DNA of 64,000 nucleotides from Candidatus Binataceae bacterium (GTDB lineage: Bacteria; Desulfobacterota; Binatia; Binatales; Binataceae), in NCBI GenBank assembly GCA_035534935.1, contig DATLRA010000047.1:478-64477 (forward strand), written 5' to 3'. The first letter of the stretch is position 1, and every line of letters begins with the position of its first letter. This document shows, piece after piece, positions 9,676 through 20,903 of the stretch. The translations under genes and the position numbers were made by a program. The notes below the pieces were generated by a model. That model saw nothing but the letters and a program-made list of their open reading frames with translations, had not been told where the DNA came from and ran no database searches.

Positions 9676-10725
9676 CTACGACGATGACGCGCCGTTGGTG
9701 CTCGCCACGGCCGCCGCCGGATTCGCGCCGCTGATTTCGTCGCGCAGGAACCCGGCCGCAAACTCCGGCGGCACCGGGTTGATGTGGAAGCCCGTGCCCA
9801 CCTCGAAGCCCGCCACCTTGGTCAGCGCGGGCGTGATCTCCATGTGCCAATGGTAATGGCGGCGGGCCGCTTCGCCGACCGGCGCCGAGTGAATGATGTA
9901 GTTGAACGGCGGATCGCCCAGCGCCGCCTTGAGCGCACCGAGCGCCGCCTTGAGCGCATAGGCGAACGCGCGGTACTCGCCGTCGCTGGCGTGCTCGAAA
10001 TGCGATCCGTGCACGCGCGGCACGATCCACATCTCGAACGGAAAGCGCGCCGCAAACGGGCAGACCGTGATGAACGACGGATTTTCGTCGACCAGCCGGC
10101 GCCGATCGACGCTCTCCTGCTCGACCATATCGCAGAAGATGCAGCGCTCCTTGAGCGCGAAATATGCGCTCGCTCCGCGCAATTCGGCCTGCACGCTGAG
10201 CGGCAGAATCGGCAGCGCGATGAGTTGCGAATGCGGATGCTCGAGGCTCGCGCCGGCCTCCGCCCCGTGATTCTTGAAGATGATCACGTAGCGAAAGCGT
10301 TCGTCGCGCTGCAGGTCGATGACCCGTTCGCGATAGGCGTGGAAAATCTCCTCGATCTGGGCCGGTTCCTCGTCGGCCAGCATGCGGTCATGGTCGGGCG
10401 ATTCGATCAGCACCTCGTGGGCGCCGACGCCGTTCATCAAATCGTACATACCCTCGCCGCGCCGGCCCAGGCCGCCCTCGATGCGCAGCGCGGGAAACCG
10501 GTTGGGCACTCCGCGCACCCGCCATCCCGGATTGTTCGGCCGGCTCCCGGCGTCGCGATAGGCCAGTACTTCGGGCGGCGTCAGATGCTCCATGCCGGGG
10601 CAAAAGACGCACGGTCCGCCCTTGCGTTCCTCGGCCTGCCGGCTGAAGTCCGACGGCCGCCGCGCACGCTCGGTCGCCATTATCACCCATCGGCCGACCA
10701 CCGGATCCTTCCTCAATTCGGGCAT
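9676..10725 (-). CDS. GalT-family (HIT superfamily) hexose-1-phosphate nucleotidyltransferase / possible ADP-glucose phosphorylase
   Basis: Contains RWVIMATERARRP, the CVFCPG zinc motif and the HPHSQL active-site histidines. The track start at 10845 is rejected because the lon terminator lies inside that extension, so ATG 10725 is used. Confidence 0.8.
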   Translation of the reverse strand: MPELRKDPVVGRWVIMATERARRPSDFSRQAEERKGGPCVFCPGMEHLTPPEVLAYRDAGSRPNNPGWRVRGVPNRFPALRIEGGLGRRGEGMYDLMNGVGAHEVLIESPDHDRMLADEEPAQIEEIFHAYRERVIDLQRDERFRYVIIFKNHGAEAGASLEHPHSQLIALPILPLSVQAELRGASAYFALKERCIFCDMVEQESVDRRRLVDENPSFITVCPFAARFPFEMWIVPRVHGSHFEHASDGEYRAFAYALKAALGALKAALGDPPFNYIIHSAPVGEAARRHYHWHMEITPALTKVAGFEVGTGFHINPVPPEFAAGFLRDEISGANPAAAVASTNGASSS

Positions 10726-10804
10726 CCCGTACCTCGCCGGAGCGCAGCATCGATCGGTTTGACGAAGCGCCGGATGCTGCCGGAGTGACGGGATATTACT
10801 GGCT

Positions 10805-10842
10805 GGTAAAAAACGAGGCCACCTCCGTGCCGGAAGTGGCCT
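10805..10842 (-). terminator. intrinsic terminator downstream of lon
   Basis: Hairpin AGGCCAC-CTCCG/tgc/CGGAA-GTGGCCT at 10816-10842. On the minus strand it is followed by CGTTTTTTACC. Confidence 0.6.
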
Positions 10843-10942
10843 CAAGCGAAATTTTTATGCGCCGTGCGCGGCGCCGGGAGTTGGCGACGATTGCGGCGCG
10901 ACGCGATTGACGCCCAACGGCGCACGCGCCGCGCGGGCGTCG

Positions 10943-13432
<2,490 letters not shown>

Positions 13433-13520
13433 ATGTCAGGGCCACCTGCAGCCGGTACGGCGTGATGCCGCCCACACTTCCCCCATCGCCCGGATTTACC
13501 GTAATATACGAGCCGATGAG

Positions 13521-13542
13521 GCACAAGGAAGATTCCTTGTGC
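13521..13542. promoter_or_regulatory. perfect 10-2-10 palindrome GCACAAGGAA-GA-TTCCTTGTGC in the lon / DUF2203 divergent intergenic region
   Basis: Read directly from the sequence. It sits about 90 bp upstream of the lon start and about 50 bp upstream of the divergent gene. Confidence 0.4.
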
Positions 13543-13592
13543 GGACAACCTAATCATTATCGGCCGCGTGCGCCATTCATCGAGAGGCTGAA

Positions 13593-14018
13593 TTGTCCTC
13601 GCATCAATTTGATAAATTGTTCAGCGCTAGCGACGCGAACGAACTCATACCTGCCCTTGAAGTGCTTATTCGTGACCTGCAAGGCCAGGCCGCCGAGTTG
13701 CGCACGCGCATCCAGGATCTCGTCCGTGCCGATCAGAGTCTCGACGCGATGCATCTCGCGGAAATCGTCCAGCGTTATCCCGACCTGCGTCCGAACACCG
13801 CGCGGATGGCCGAAATCGCCAGCCAGATTCAGACCCTCGGCTGCTTCCTCAAGGATATCGATCAGGGGTTGGTCGATTTTCCCGGCGAGGTCGGCGACGA
13901 CGTGGTCTTCCTCTGCTGGCAATTCGGTGAGCCGCGCGTGACCACCTGGCATCCGATTAACGGGGGTTTTGCGGAGCGCCAGCCGATCCCGGGCGCGCCC
14001 AAGACCTATCTCAATTGA
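13593..14018 (+). CDS. DUF2203-family protein
   Basis: N-terminal coiled coil, then a GCFLKDIDQGLVDFP...VFLCWQFGE...WH pattern recalled for DUF2203. Confidence 0.6.
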   Translation: MSSHQFDKLFSASDANELIPALEVLIRDLQGQAAELRTRIQDLVRADQSLDAMHLAEIVQRYPDLRPNTARMAEIASQIQTLGCFLKDIDQGLVDFPGEVGDDVVFLCWQFGEPRVTTWHPINGGFAERQPIPGAPKTYLN

Positions 14019-14121
14019 AGCGGCCGCCGAAATTGCCGCTGTCGCTGCATTTGGTTCCACGCTCGGCGCATCGCGAGTTGCCCGATCTTATGCCCTCCCG
14101 GATTCGTGCGGATTTTCTACC

Positions 14122-14592
14122 ATGGTGATTGCGCTCTTCATCTACCTGCTGTGTATCGTGTGCTGGCTCGGTGGGATGGTCTTCTTTTCGCTGCTGACCG
14201 CACCGATCATCTTTACCGTGCTGCCGATCGCTGAGGCCGGCAAAGTCGTCAGCGGAATCTTTCCGCGCTACTACATCCTCGGCTACGTCGCCGGAATTAT
14301 CAGCGTGATTATCGCGCTGTACTTCGCCGTCGTCCGCGGCCAGCGCCTGTGGTGGAGTTGCGCTACGCTCGCGCTCGCCGCCGCGCTCGCGCTGACGTTC
14401 TACGCCGGCGCGGTGATCCTGCCGCGGGCCGACGCGATCCGCGCCGTGGTCGAGGAGCCCAATCCCGACGCCGCGCGCAAAGCCGAGTTCGACCGGCTCC
14501 ATCATCTGTCGGTCGCGCTCAATGGTGGTGTGATGGTGCTCAATTTGCTCGCGCTGCTGGCCAGCGCGGCGGCGCTGGCGCCCCGTGGCTAA
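14122..14592 (+). CDS. DUF4149-like four-TM membrane protein
   Basis: Starts at MVIALFIYLLCIVCWLGGMVFFSLL and has four hydrophobic helices. The upstream part of the track ORF is Ala/Arg-rich filler. Confidence 0.55.
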   Translation: MVIALFIYLLCIVCWLGGMVFFSLLTAPIIFTVLPIAEAGKVVSGIFPRYYILGYVAGIISVIIALYFAVVRGQRLWWSCATLALAAALALTFYAGAVILPRADAIRAVVEEPNPDAARKAEFDRLHHLSVALNGGVMVLNLLALLASAAALAPRG

Positions 14593-15343
14593 GGCCGCCT
14601 TCAAGGCGCTGGTGTTCGATCTGTTCGACACCATCGTGAAATGGGAGCCCGAGCGGCTGCCCGTGATGGAACTCGGCGGGCGCCCGACGCATACCACGCT
14701 GCCGTGGGTCTTCCCGCCGCTCGCCGCGCGCCTCGGCGCTGACTTCGATCGCGATCGCTTCATCCAAGTCTACGGCGCGGTGGTCGAGGAAATCTTTGTC
14801 GAACGCGAGCGCGAGGGCACCGAGATCACCTGCACCGAGCGCTTCGCGCGCACACTCGAGCGGCTCGCCGCCGGACCCGCCGACGAACGTCTCGCCTTTG
14901 CTGAAGAGCTCACGCGCGTCCACATGGACGGCGTGCGCGCGGTCACCTGGGCGCCGGCCGATCGGGTTGCCGCGGTGCGCCGCCTCGCGCCCCATTATCG
15001 CCTCGGCCTGCTCTCGAACTTCGACGACGCGCAATGCGGACGCGACGTGCTGAGCGACACCGGCGTCGCCGACTTGTTCGAGACCGTGATCATTTCGGCG
15101 GAAGTGGGCCTGCGCAAACCCAATCCTCTTATCTACCATCAGATGCTCGAGCGGCTGCGCCTCGCGCCGCACGAAGTGCTCTTCATCGGCGACACCCCGC
15201 GCGAGGACGTCGACGGGCCGCACCGCGTCGGGATGCACACGGTGTGGATCAGCAAGGGTGCCGCCGGCGTCCCCGAGGGTATCCCCGAGCCGCACTACGT
15301 CATCCGCGATCTTGCCGATCTGCCCGCGATCCTGGGCGTCTGA
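14585..15343 (+). CDS. HAD-superfamily hydrolase
   Basis: Motif I LVFDLFDTIV, motif II LLSNFD, motif IV FIGDTPRED. GTG start. Confidence 0.8.
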   Translation: MAKAAFKALVFDLFDTIVKWEPERLPVMELGGRPTHTTLPWVFPPLAARLGADFDRDRFIQVYGAVVEEIFVEREREGTEITCTERFARTLERLAAGPADERLAFAEELTRVHMDGVRAVTWAPADRVAAVRRLAPHYRLGLLSNFDDAQCGRDVLSDTGVADLFETVIISAEVGLRKPNPLIYHQMLERLRLAPHEVLFIGDTPREDVDGPHRVGMHTVWISKGAAGVPEGIPEPHYVIRDLADLPAILGV

Positions 15344-15345
15344 CG

Positions 15346-15834
15346 ATGGCGCCGCGAATCGCGATCGCAGTGATTGGCGGCAGTTCGGCGACCGACCAAA
15401 TGATCGCGCAGGCTTTTGCAGTCGGCGGCGCGATCGCGGCCGGCGGCGCGGTGCTGGTCTGTGGCGGCCGCGGCGGCGTGATGGAAGCCGCGGCGCGCGG
15501 CGCCCAGGCCGCCGGCGGCGTCACCGTCGGGATTCTACAGAGCTACGATCGCGCCTCCGCCAATCCGCATATCGAGATCGCGATCGCCACCGGCATGGGC
15601 CACGCCCGCAACCTGATCGTCGTCGCCAGCGCCGACGCCGTTGTCGCGCTGCCGGGCGCGTCGGGCACCCTCTCGGAAATCGCGATGGCACTGACGATCG
15701 GTCGCCCGGTGGTCGCACTCGACGCCTGGCGCGAGCTTGCCGGCGTCCATCATGCGGCGACGCCCCACGCCGCCGTCACGCTCGCCCTGGAACTGGCGCG
15801 CGATCCGGCGCGCGCCCGCATTGCGCCCCGATGA
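15346..15834 (+). CDS. TIGR00725/LOG-like (SLOG) Rossmann protein
   Basis: IAVIGGS...LVCGGRGGVMEAAARGA...GILQ...ALPGASGTLSEIA pattern. The long N-terminal part of the track ORF is discarded. Confidence 0.7.
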   Translation: MAPRIAIAVIGGSSATDQMIAQAFAVGGAIAAGGAVLVCGGRGGVMEAAARGAQAAGGVTVGILQSYDRASANPHIEIAIATGMGHARNLIVVASADAVVALPGASGTLSEIAMALTIGRPVVALDAWRELAGVHHAATPHAAVTLALELARDPARARIAPR

Positions 15835-16256
15835 GCCGCGCGATGCCGACGATCCACGAACGCTACCCCGCGATCGCTTCGCTCGAGGCCTCACCGTTCT
15901 CGGCGCTGCTCGGCCTCAAGGTCGAGTCGGCCGAGATCGGGGTCGCGGTGGTGCGGATGCCTTTCGCGGCGCGCCTGCTCAACGACGGCGGACTCGACGT
16001 GCCGATTCACGGCGGGGCGATCGCGTCGCTCGCCGACTTTGCCGCCTGCGCCGCCGTCTGGACCAGACCCGAGACTTCGCGCAGCGCGACTATCGCGATG
16101 ACCATCAATTACACCGGGCCGGGAATCCGCAGCGACCTGATCGCCCACGCGCGCGTGCGCCGCGCGGGCCGCCGCGTCGCGAGCCTCACGGTCGAGGTCC
16201 GCGATGCGGCCGGCGCGCTGATCGCCGACGCGCTGGTCACCTACAAAGTCGCCTGA
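15831..16256 (+). CDS. PaaI-family hotdog-fold thioesterase
   Basis: FSALLGLKVE...VHGGAIASLADFA motif. ATGA overlap with the upstream gene. Confidence 0.8.
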   Translation: MSRAMPTIHERYPAIASLEASPFSALLGLKVESAEIGVAVVRMPFAARLLNDGGLDVPIHGGAIASLADFAACAAVWTRPETSRSATIAMTINYTGPGIRSDLIAHARVRRAGRRVASLTVEVRDAAGALIADALVTYKVA

Positions 16257-16307
16257 GCGCGCGCTGCCGCAACGCGATGCGGATTCGTCGCGCATTCGCG
16301 CGCGCGA

Positions 16308-18245
16308 TCACTCGTACAAAAGCTGGGCGTGCAGATCCTTCTGCACCGCGATTGCGAACTTCTTGTATTCGACCGCGACCGCCGGCGCGCACACCGGCCC
16401 CGCCGTGCGATCGTCAAATTCGCGCACCGCCGTTAAGGTGTCGCCATTCAGATGATAGGCCGCCTTGTAGCTCTGATACTTGCCCGTGATCGCGACGTTG
16501 CGAGGCATCGCCAGCACCTTGATGCCCTTGGGCAGATGGATCGTGTAGGTCACCTTGCCAGTGACGCCGGCGCAGGCGAAATCGACCGTGCGGTCCGGTT
16601 CGTTGGCGTCGTCCAGAAAGCTGGTCATACCGGCGTCACTCCCGAAGGGCGATCGGATATACATCGCGCCCGGCCCGGGCAGGTTCATCGCCTCGCTAAC
16701 GGTGTATTTGCCGCCGTATTTGTACGATTCGGCGATGTCCGTGGCGTCGCCCTTGTTCAGTACTCCGGTCCCGGTAAAGCCGTTGACCGCTAACGCCCGG
16801 CGCATCGCGGTGTCCTCCATGTTGGGCTGGAGATAGATCAACCGATAGCGGATCGCCTCAGCCAGTGCGCCCGTCGCGATGACATCCGTTTCGCCATCGG
16901 CGGAGCCGTCCGGATGGATTGTCATCACGGTCGTCGTACGCAATCCCTCGTTCTGCCACTTTCGCGTTGGGGTATGCTGAAGCCCGTTGAAGTCGGCGGT
17001 ATAGATCACCGGCTTGCCGGCGTCCGGCGATGGCAGAGAGCCGAACGGCGTGTATTTCGAGGTCGAATCGGCGTATAGCCCGAGCGACGGAATATAGAGG
17101 ATCACGTGATCGAACGCGTCTAGGCACGGCACTTTGGGCAGCGTGTAGGCCGCGCCCGCGTTGATCAGTACCGGCGTGCTGGCGATCCCTTTGGCTGCCA
17201 GCAGAGATTGCAGCAGCGCCGCATGGTCCTTGCAATCACCCATCCGGTTGGCCAGCACTTCGTCCACGTTATGCGGCACGACCGATCCCACGCCGACGTA
17301 ATCACCGGCGAAATCGATATTGGCGGCGACCCAGTCGTAGAGCGCCCGGGCCTGCTCGCGCGGCGTATGAGCGGCGCCCGTCAGCTCGTTGGCGAGCTTC
17401 CTGATGTTAGCGGTCGGCGCCGACTTCGCCTTCGCCCGCGCGTTGTACGCCGCCGCCAGCGCGCCGTAATCCTTGAAGGTGCTGGCGACGATCAATGGGC
17501 CGTAATCGACCTCGGAGACCGCGCCGCGCTCGGGCGTCGCCAGGGTCTGATTGCGATAGCTCCAGACCCATCGGCGCCGCCCGTCGGTGGTCGGGGTCTC
17601 GCCGCCATCGACGCCGCGCGCGTAGACCTGCACGGCCAGGGAGATCGGCGCGCTCAGACTGATCTTGACGTCATCGTAGATGGCAAACCTGGAGAATGTT
17701 TCCATCTCTGAAAAATTCCCCGGGAAGGTCGCCTCCTTCTGCGTCAAGCGGTATGACAGGACCACCGTGTCGCCCACCGCGACATCGGGAAACGCCACGG
17801 TCTCGGTCTGGATATCCGAGAACATCGGTGCGGCGCCGGCCTTGCCGGTATTGCTCTCAATCTGGAAATTGCCTGCCGGCACATCGATTTTGCGGCCGTC
17901 CGGCTTGAGCGTATAGGCCTCGAGAATCGTCACCTTCTGTAGCTGATCGCTGAAACTGACCGACTCCGCATTGGCGCTCGAGATGCCCTGCTTGGTCAGC
18001 ACCTTGACCGCCCACGCCTGATTCTCAACGTGGGTGCCGTCGGCGTTGAGCGCGTAATCGGCATGATACCAGAGGTATTTGGTGTCGCCGGCGAAAACTT
18101 TACTCGGCGCGGCGCTGGCGGGCAGCGCATTGAGCATCACTGCCGCCGCCGCCATCGCGGCGCATGCGGCAATAAGGCAGGACCGAACGATCGAACTGGT
18201 GGCTCCTCGACGCATGCCCCTCTCCCGATGGCACCGACCCATCAA
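16308..18245 (-). CDS. secreted DUF3857 / transglutaminase-like domain protein
   Basis: Signal peptide (AAMAAAAVMLNALPASA). The transglutaminase core GDCKDHAALLQSLLAAKGI is followed by DHV. The likely start is the internal Met near 18215. Confidence 0.75.
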   Translation of the reverse strand: MMGRCHRERGMRRGATSSIVRSCLIAACAAMAAAAVMLNALPASAAPSKVFAGDTKYLWYHADYALNADGTHVENQAWAVKVLTKQGISSANAESVSFSDQLQKVTILEAYTLKPDGRKIDVPAGNFQIESNTGKAGAAPMFSDIQTETVAFPDVAVGDTVVLSYRLTQKEATFPGNFSEMETFSRFAIYDDVKISLSAPISLAVQVYARGVDGGETPTTDGRRRWVWSYRNQTLATPERGAVSEVDYGPLIVASTFKDYGALAAAYNARAKAKSAPTANIRKLANELTGAAHTPREQARALYDWVAANIDFAGDYVGVGSVVPHNVDEVLANRMGDCKDHAALLQSLLAAKGIASTPVLINAGAAYTLPKVPCLDAFDHVILYIPSLGLYADSTSKYTPFGSLPSPDAGKPVIYTADFNGLQHTPTRKWQNEGLRTTTVMTIHPDGSADGETDVIATGALAEAIRYRLIYLQPNMEDTAMRRALAVNGFTGTGVLNKGDATDIAESYKYGGKYTVSEAMNLPGPGAMYIRSPFGSDAGMTSFLDDANEPDRTVDFACAGVTGKVTYTIHLPKGIKVLAMPRNVAITGKYQSYKAAYHLNGDTLTAVREFDDRTAGPVCAPAVAVEYKKFAIAVQKDLHAQLLYE

Positions 18246-18539
18246 TGCGGTCGATTATAATACGCTCGCGCGCGGCGATTCTGACGCTTAAGATCGCCCC
18301 CGCGTCCGCGGGCGGCCAGTCGGGGCCGCTGCGGTAGACGGAAGATATACCGTCGGCGCTCGACGTATGGGAAGCCGTCTCCGCATAGAACTCGCCAAGG
18401 CTGCTTCTAATTCAAGAGAGCGTGATCAATTTCATCGTTTGCGGGCCTCGCATGTTCGCCTCGGCGACCGGCATAATATCATCAACGATCACCGTGCGGC
18501 GTATCCCGGGCCGCCCATCAAACTGGCGCTAGAGTTCCT

Positions 18540-19805
18540 ATGATTGACGCACAATCCATGTTTCCGTTCCCTTCGCACAAACCGCGCCGCCTCCGCGCGA
18601 TCACAATCCTCGGCGCCTGCGTACTCGCACTCGCGCTCGGGCCGTGCGGCATAGCCGGCCGCGCGATGGCCGCCGATGCGACCGCCGTGCTCAACTCGGC
18701 CACGCCGGCCGTCGCGCCCGTCAACGATACGATCTATTCCTTCGGCGATACCGGGAGCGACGACGGCGCGGTGCCCAACGGCAGCCTGACCTGGGACGGC
18801 ACCACGCTGTTCGGCCGCACCACAACTACCGTCCAACATCACGACGGCGTGATCTTCGAGATCAATTCCGACGGCACCGGCTACGACGTGGTCCATCGCT
18901 TCGGCGGCAAGCCCAACGACGGCGCCGATCCGCGCCACGACTCGATGACGCTGGTTGGCGGTCTGCTCTACGGCACCACCCTGGCGGGCGGCGACCGCAA
19001 CGACGGCACCACCTTCAGTATCGGCACCGACGGCACCAACTACTCGGTCATGCACAATTTTCATGCGCCTTCCGGCGCGATGCCGTATAGCTGCTTGGTC
19101 GATTTGAGCGACATTTTGTACGGCATGACCGCCGCCGGCGGCATCGGCCACGGCACGATGTACCAGATCAATCCCGACGGCACCGGCTATAGCCGTAACT
19201 TCAGCTTCCGCACGAGCGGCGGCTCCGACCCACACGGCGCCCTGGCGACCGACGGCGCGATCCTCTACGGGATGACCCGCAAAGGCGGTGGCCGCGGCCT
19301 GGGCGTGATCTTCTCGATCAATCCCGGCGGTGGCGGACATACCGTCCTGCATAATTTCCGAGGCGGTGACCGCGACGGCGCGAGCACCGACCACGGCTCC
19401 GTCACGATCGCCGGTTCGACCATGTACGGGATGACCACGATGGGCGGCGCGCACCGGGTCGGCGTGGTCTTCTCGATGGGCCTCGACGGCAACGGCTTCA
19501 CCATCCTGCATTCCTTCGGCACCGGCATGCACGATGGCCGCAATCCCTACGGCTCGCTGCTGATCAATGGACCCGACCTCTACGGCACCACCGCCAAAGG
19601 CGGCCAATACGGCGGTGGCACGGTCTTCCATATCGCGATCGACGGTACCGGCTACGCGGTGCTCCATTCGTTTTCCGGCAAGCCCGACGGCAAGAAGCCG
19701 CTCGACAACGTGGTCCTGATCAACCAAACGCTCTACGGCATGACGAGTGCCGGCGGCACGCATAACCAGGGTGCCATCTTTGCCGTGTCGGTGGCCGGCG
19801 ACTGA
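18540..19805 (+). CDS. secreted GloVer-type tandem-repeat (beta-propeller-like) protein
   Basis: Signal peptide, then about seven repeats of about 48 aa of the form LYG(T/M)T..GG...G(T/V)(I/V)F.I..DGTGY.VLH.F. Confidence 0.7.
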   Translation: MIDAQSMFPFPSHKPRRLRAITILGACVLALALGPCGIAGRAMAADATAVLNSATPAVAPVNDTIYSFGDTGSDDGAVPNGSLTWDGTTLFGRTTTTVQHHDGVIFEINSDGTGYDVVHRFGGKPNDGADPRHDSMTLVGGLLYGTTLAGGDRNDGTTFSIGTDGTNYSVMHNFHAPSGAMPYSCLVDLSDILYGMTAAGGIGHGTMYQINPDGTGYSRNFSFRTSGGSDPHGALATDGAILYGMTRKGGGRGLGVIFSINPGGGGHTVLHNFRGGDRDGASTDHGSVTIAGSTMYGMTTMGGAHRVGVVFSMGLDGNGFTILHSFGTGMHDGRNPYGSLLINGPDLYGTTAKGGQYGGGTVFHIAIDGTGYAVLHSFSGKPDGKKPLDNVVLINQTLYGMTSAGGTHNQGAIFAVSVAGD

Positions 19806-19879
19806 TCGCGCCGATCAACGTCGAGCGCATGTGCAGCCGTCCGATCGTGCGTTTAAGTAAGGTGTCCGGCAGATCCGAT

Positions 19880-20665
19880 ATGCTCGACTTGTCCAATCCG
19901 CTCGAGGCGATTCGCCGCGCCGCGGCGCCCCACGGCCTCAACCTCGTCGCCGCGCTTCCCGCCGCGCGCTACGACGATGCAGTCGCGGTCGCGCTCCGCA
20001 CCGCGGCAATCCCCGCCGACGCCGTGCCCTTCGCCGTGCGATCGATCGTCCTGATCGGCAACGGCGGCGGCGAGTTCTGGCACGCCTTCACGGACCACGC
20101 CGATCGTCATCCCGGATGGCGCGAGCGGGCCAATCCGCTCGACGACTTCAGCCGCGAGATTATCGCGCACGAGGTTGCTCCGGCCGCGCAGGCCGCGGGC
20201 GCGCGATGCGCCGCGATCTATCCGTTCATCAATGGCGGCGTGACGCTCAACTTCATCGAACTGGCGAAGATCGCCGGCCTCGGCGGACCGAGCCTGCTCG
20301 GCGTCGTCGTCCATCCGCGCTTCGGACCGTGGATCGCGTTTCGCGCCGCGCTGATCGTCGATTGCGAGCTCGACGCGCCGGGCCCCGCGATCGGCTTCGA
20401 TCCGTGTCCGGGATGCGTCACGCAAAGCTGCCTCGCCGCCTGTCCGGCCGGTGCGGTCGCCTATCCCGCCGGATGGGACATTCCGCGCTGCCTCACCCAT
20501 CGCGTCGAACAGGAATCCGATTGCGCCCCGCGATGCCATGCGCGCGCCGGCTGCGTGCTCGGCCCCGAGCATCGCTACCCCGACGACGAACTCGCCTACC
20601 ATCAGCGCCGCGCGCTGGCCGCGATGCGTCCGTGGTACGCCGCGCACCTGCGCCCGCCCCGCTAG
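19880..20665 (+). CDS. QueG/RdhA-like Fe-S domain protein (function unknown)
   Basis: HPRFGPWIAFRAALIVD..L is followed by CPGCVTQSCLAACPAGAV and a second Cys cluster (CLTHR...C...C...C). Confidence 0.5.
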   Translation: MLDLSNPLEAIRRAAAPHGLNLVAALPAARYDDAVAVALRTAAIPADAVPFAVRSIVLIGNGGGEFWHAFTDHADRHPGWRERANPLDDFSREIIAHEVAPAAQAAGARCAAIYPFINGGVTLNFIELAKIAGLGGPSLLGVVVHPRFGPWIAFRAALIVDCELDAPGPAIGFDPCPGCVTQSCLAACPAGAVAYPAGWDIPRCLTHRVEQESDCAPRCHARAGCVLGPEHRYPDDELAYHQRRALAAMRPWYAAHLRPPR

Positions 20666-20681
20666 GTCGCGGCTCGCTCCG

Positions 20682-20903
20682 CTACTCAAAATCCTTATCA
20701 GTGAGGCCGGCAAGGTTTGCGAGATGTTTCTGAAGGCCGATCTTCAATGGCCTGTTGCCGTGGATTGGAACCGAGAGCCGAACGGCAGATCCATCCTTGG
20801 TAAAGATGTGATGGCTGCCTGCGACGCGGCGCAAAGTCCAGCCGTTCTGCTCGAGAAGTTTACTGAAATCTTTGCCCGAGACGGCTTCATACGATGATTT
20901 CAA
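20682..20903 (-). CDS. hicA: type II toxin HicA (mRNA interferase)
   Basis: GKDFSKLLEQNGWTLRRVAGSHHIF...VPIHGNRPLKIGL, a YcfA/HicA dsRBD-like fold pattern. Confidence 0.85.
   Translation of the reverse strand: MKSSYEAVSGKDFSKLLEQNGWTLRRVAGSHHIFTKDGSAVRLSVPIHGNRPLKIGLQKHLANLAGLTDKDFE

Noticed and set aside
8012-9856. Other long antisense or overlapping ORFs in the track, for example 8012-9856 (+), 22274-23764 (+), 2184-3815 (-), 4489-5547 (-), 11780-13000 (+), 47885-48943 (+), 52609-54039 (-) and 24776-25948 (+).
   Set aside because: Each lies opposite a gene with strong family motifs (glgA, cobA/hemD, the ABC system, lon, the antiporter, mlaF, hemA). Each translates to Arg/His/Asp/Gly-rich filler typical of the wrong frame in high-GC DNA.
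15034-15830. Long N-terminal extensions of the ORFs at 15034-15834 and 15258-16256. Similar extensions occur at 41368, 43269, 46640, 51271, 22305, 25074 and 10845.
   Set aside because: Family homology begins only at the internal starts used in the feature table. The extensions overlap upstream genes or, for 10845, a terminator.
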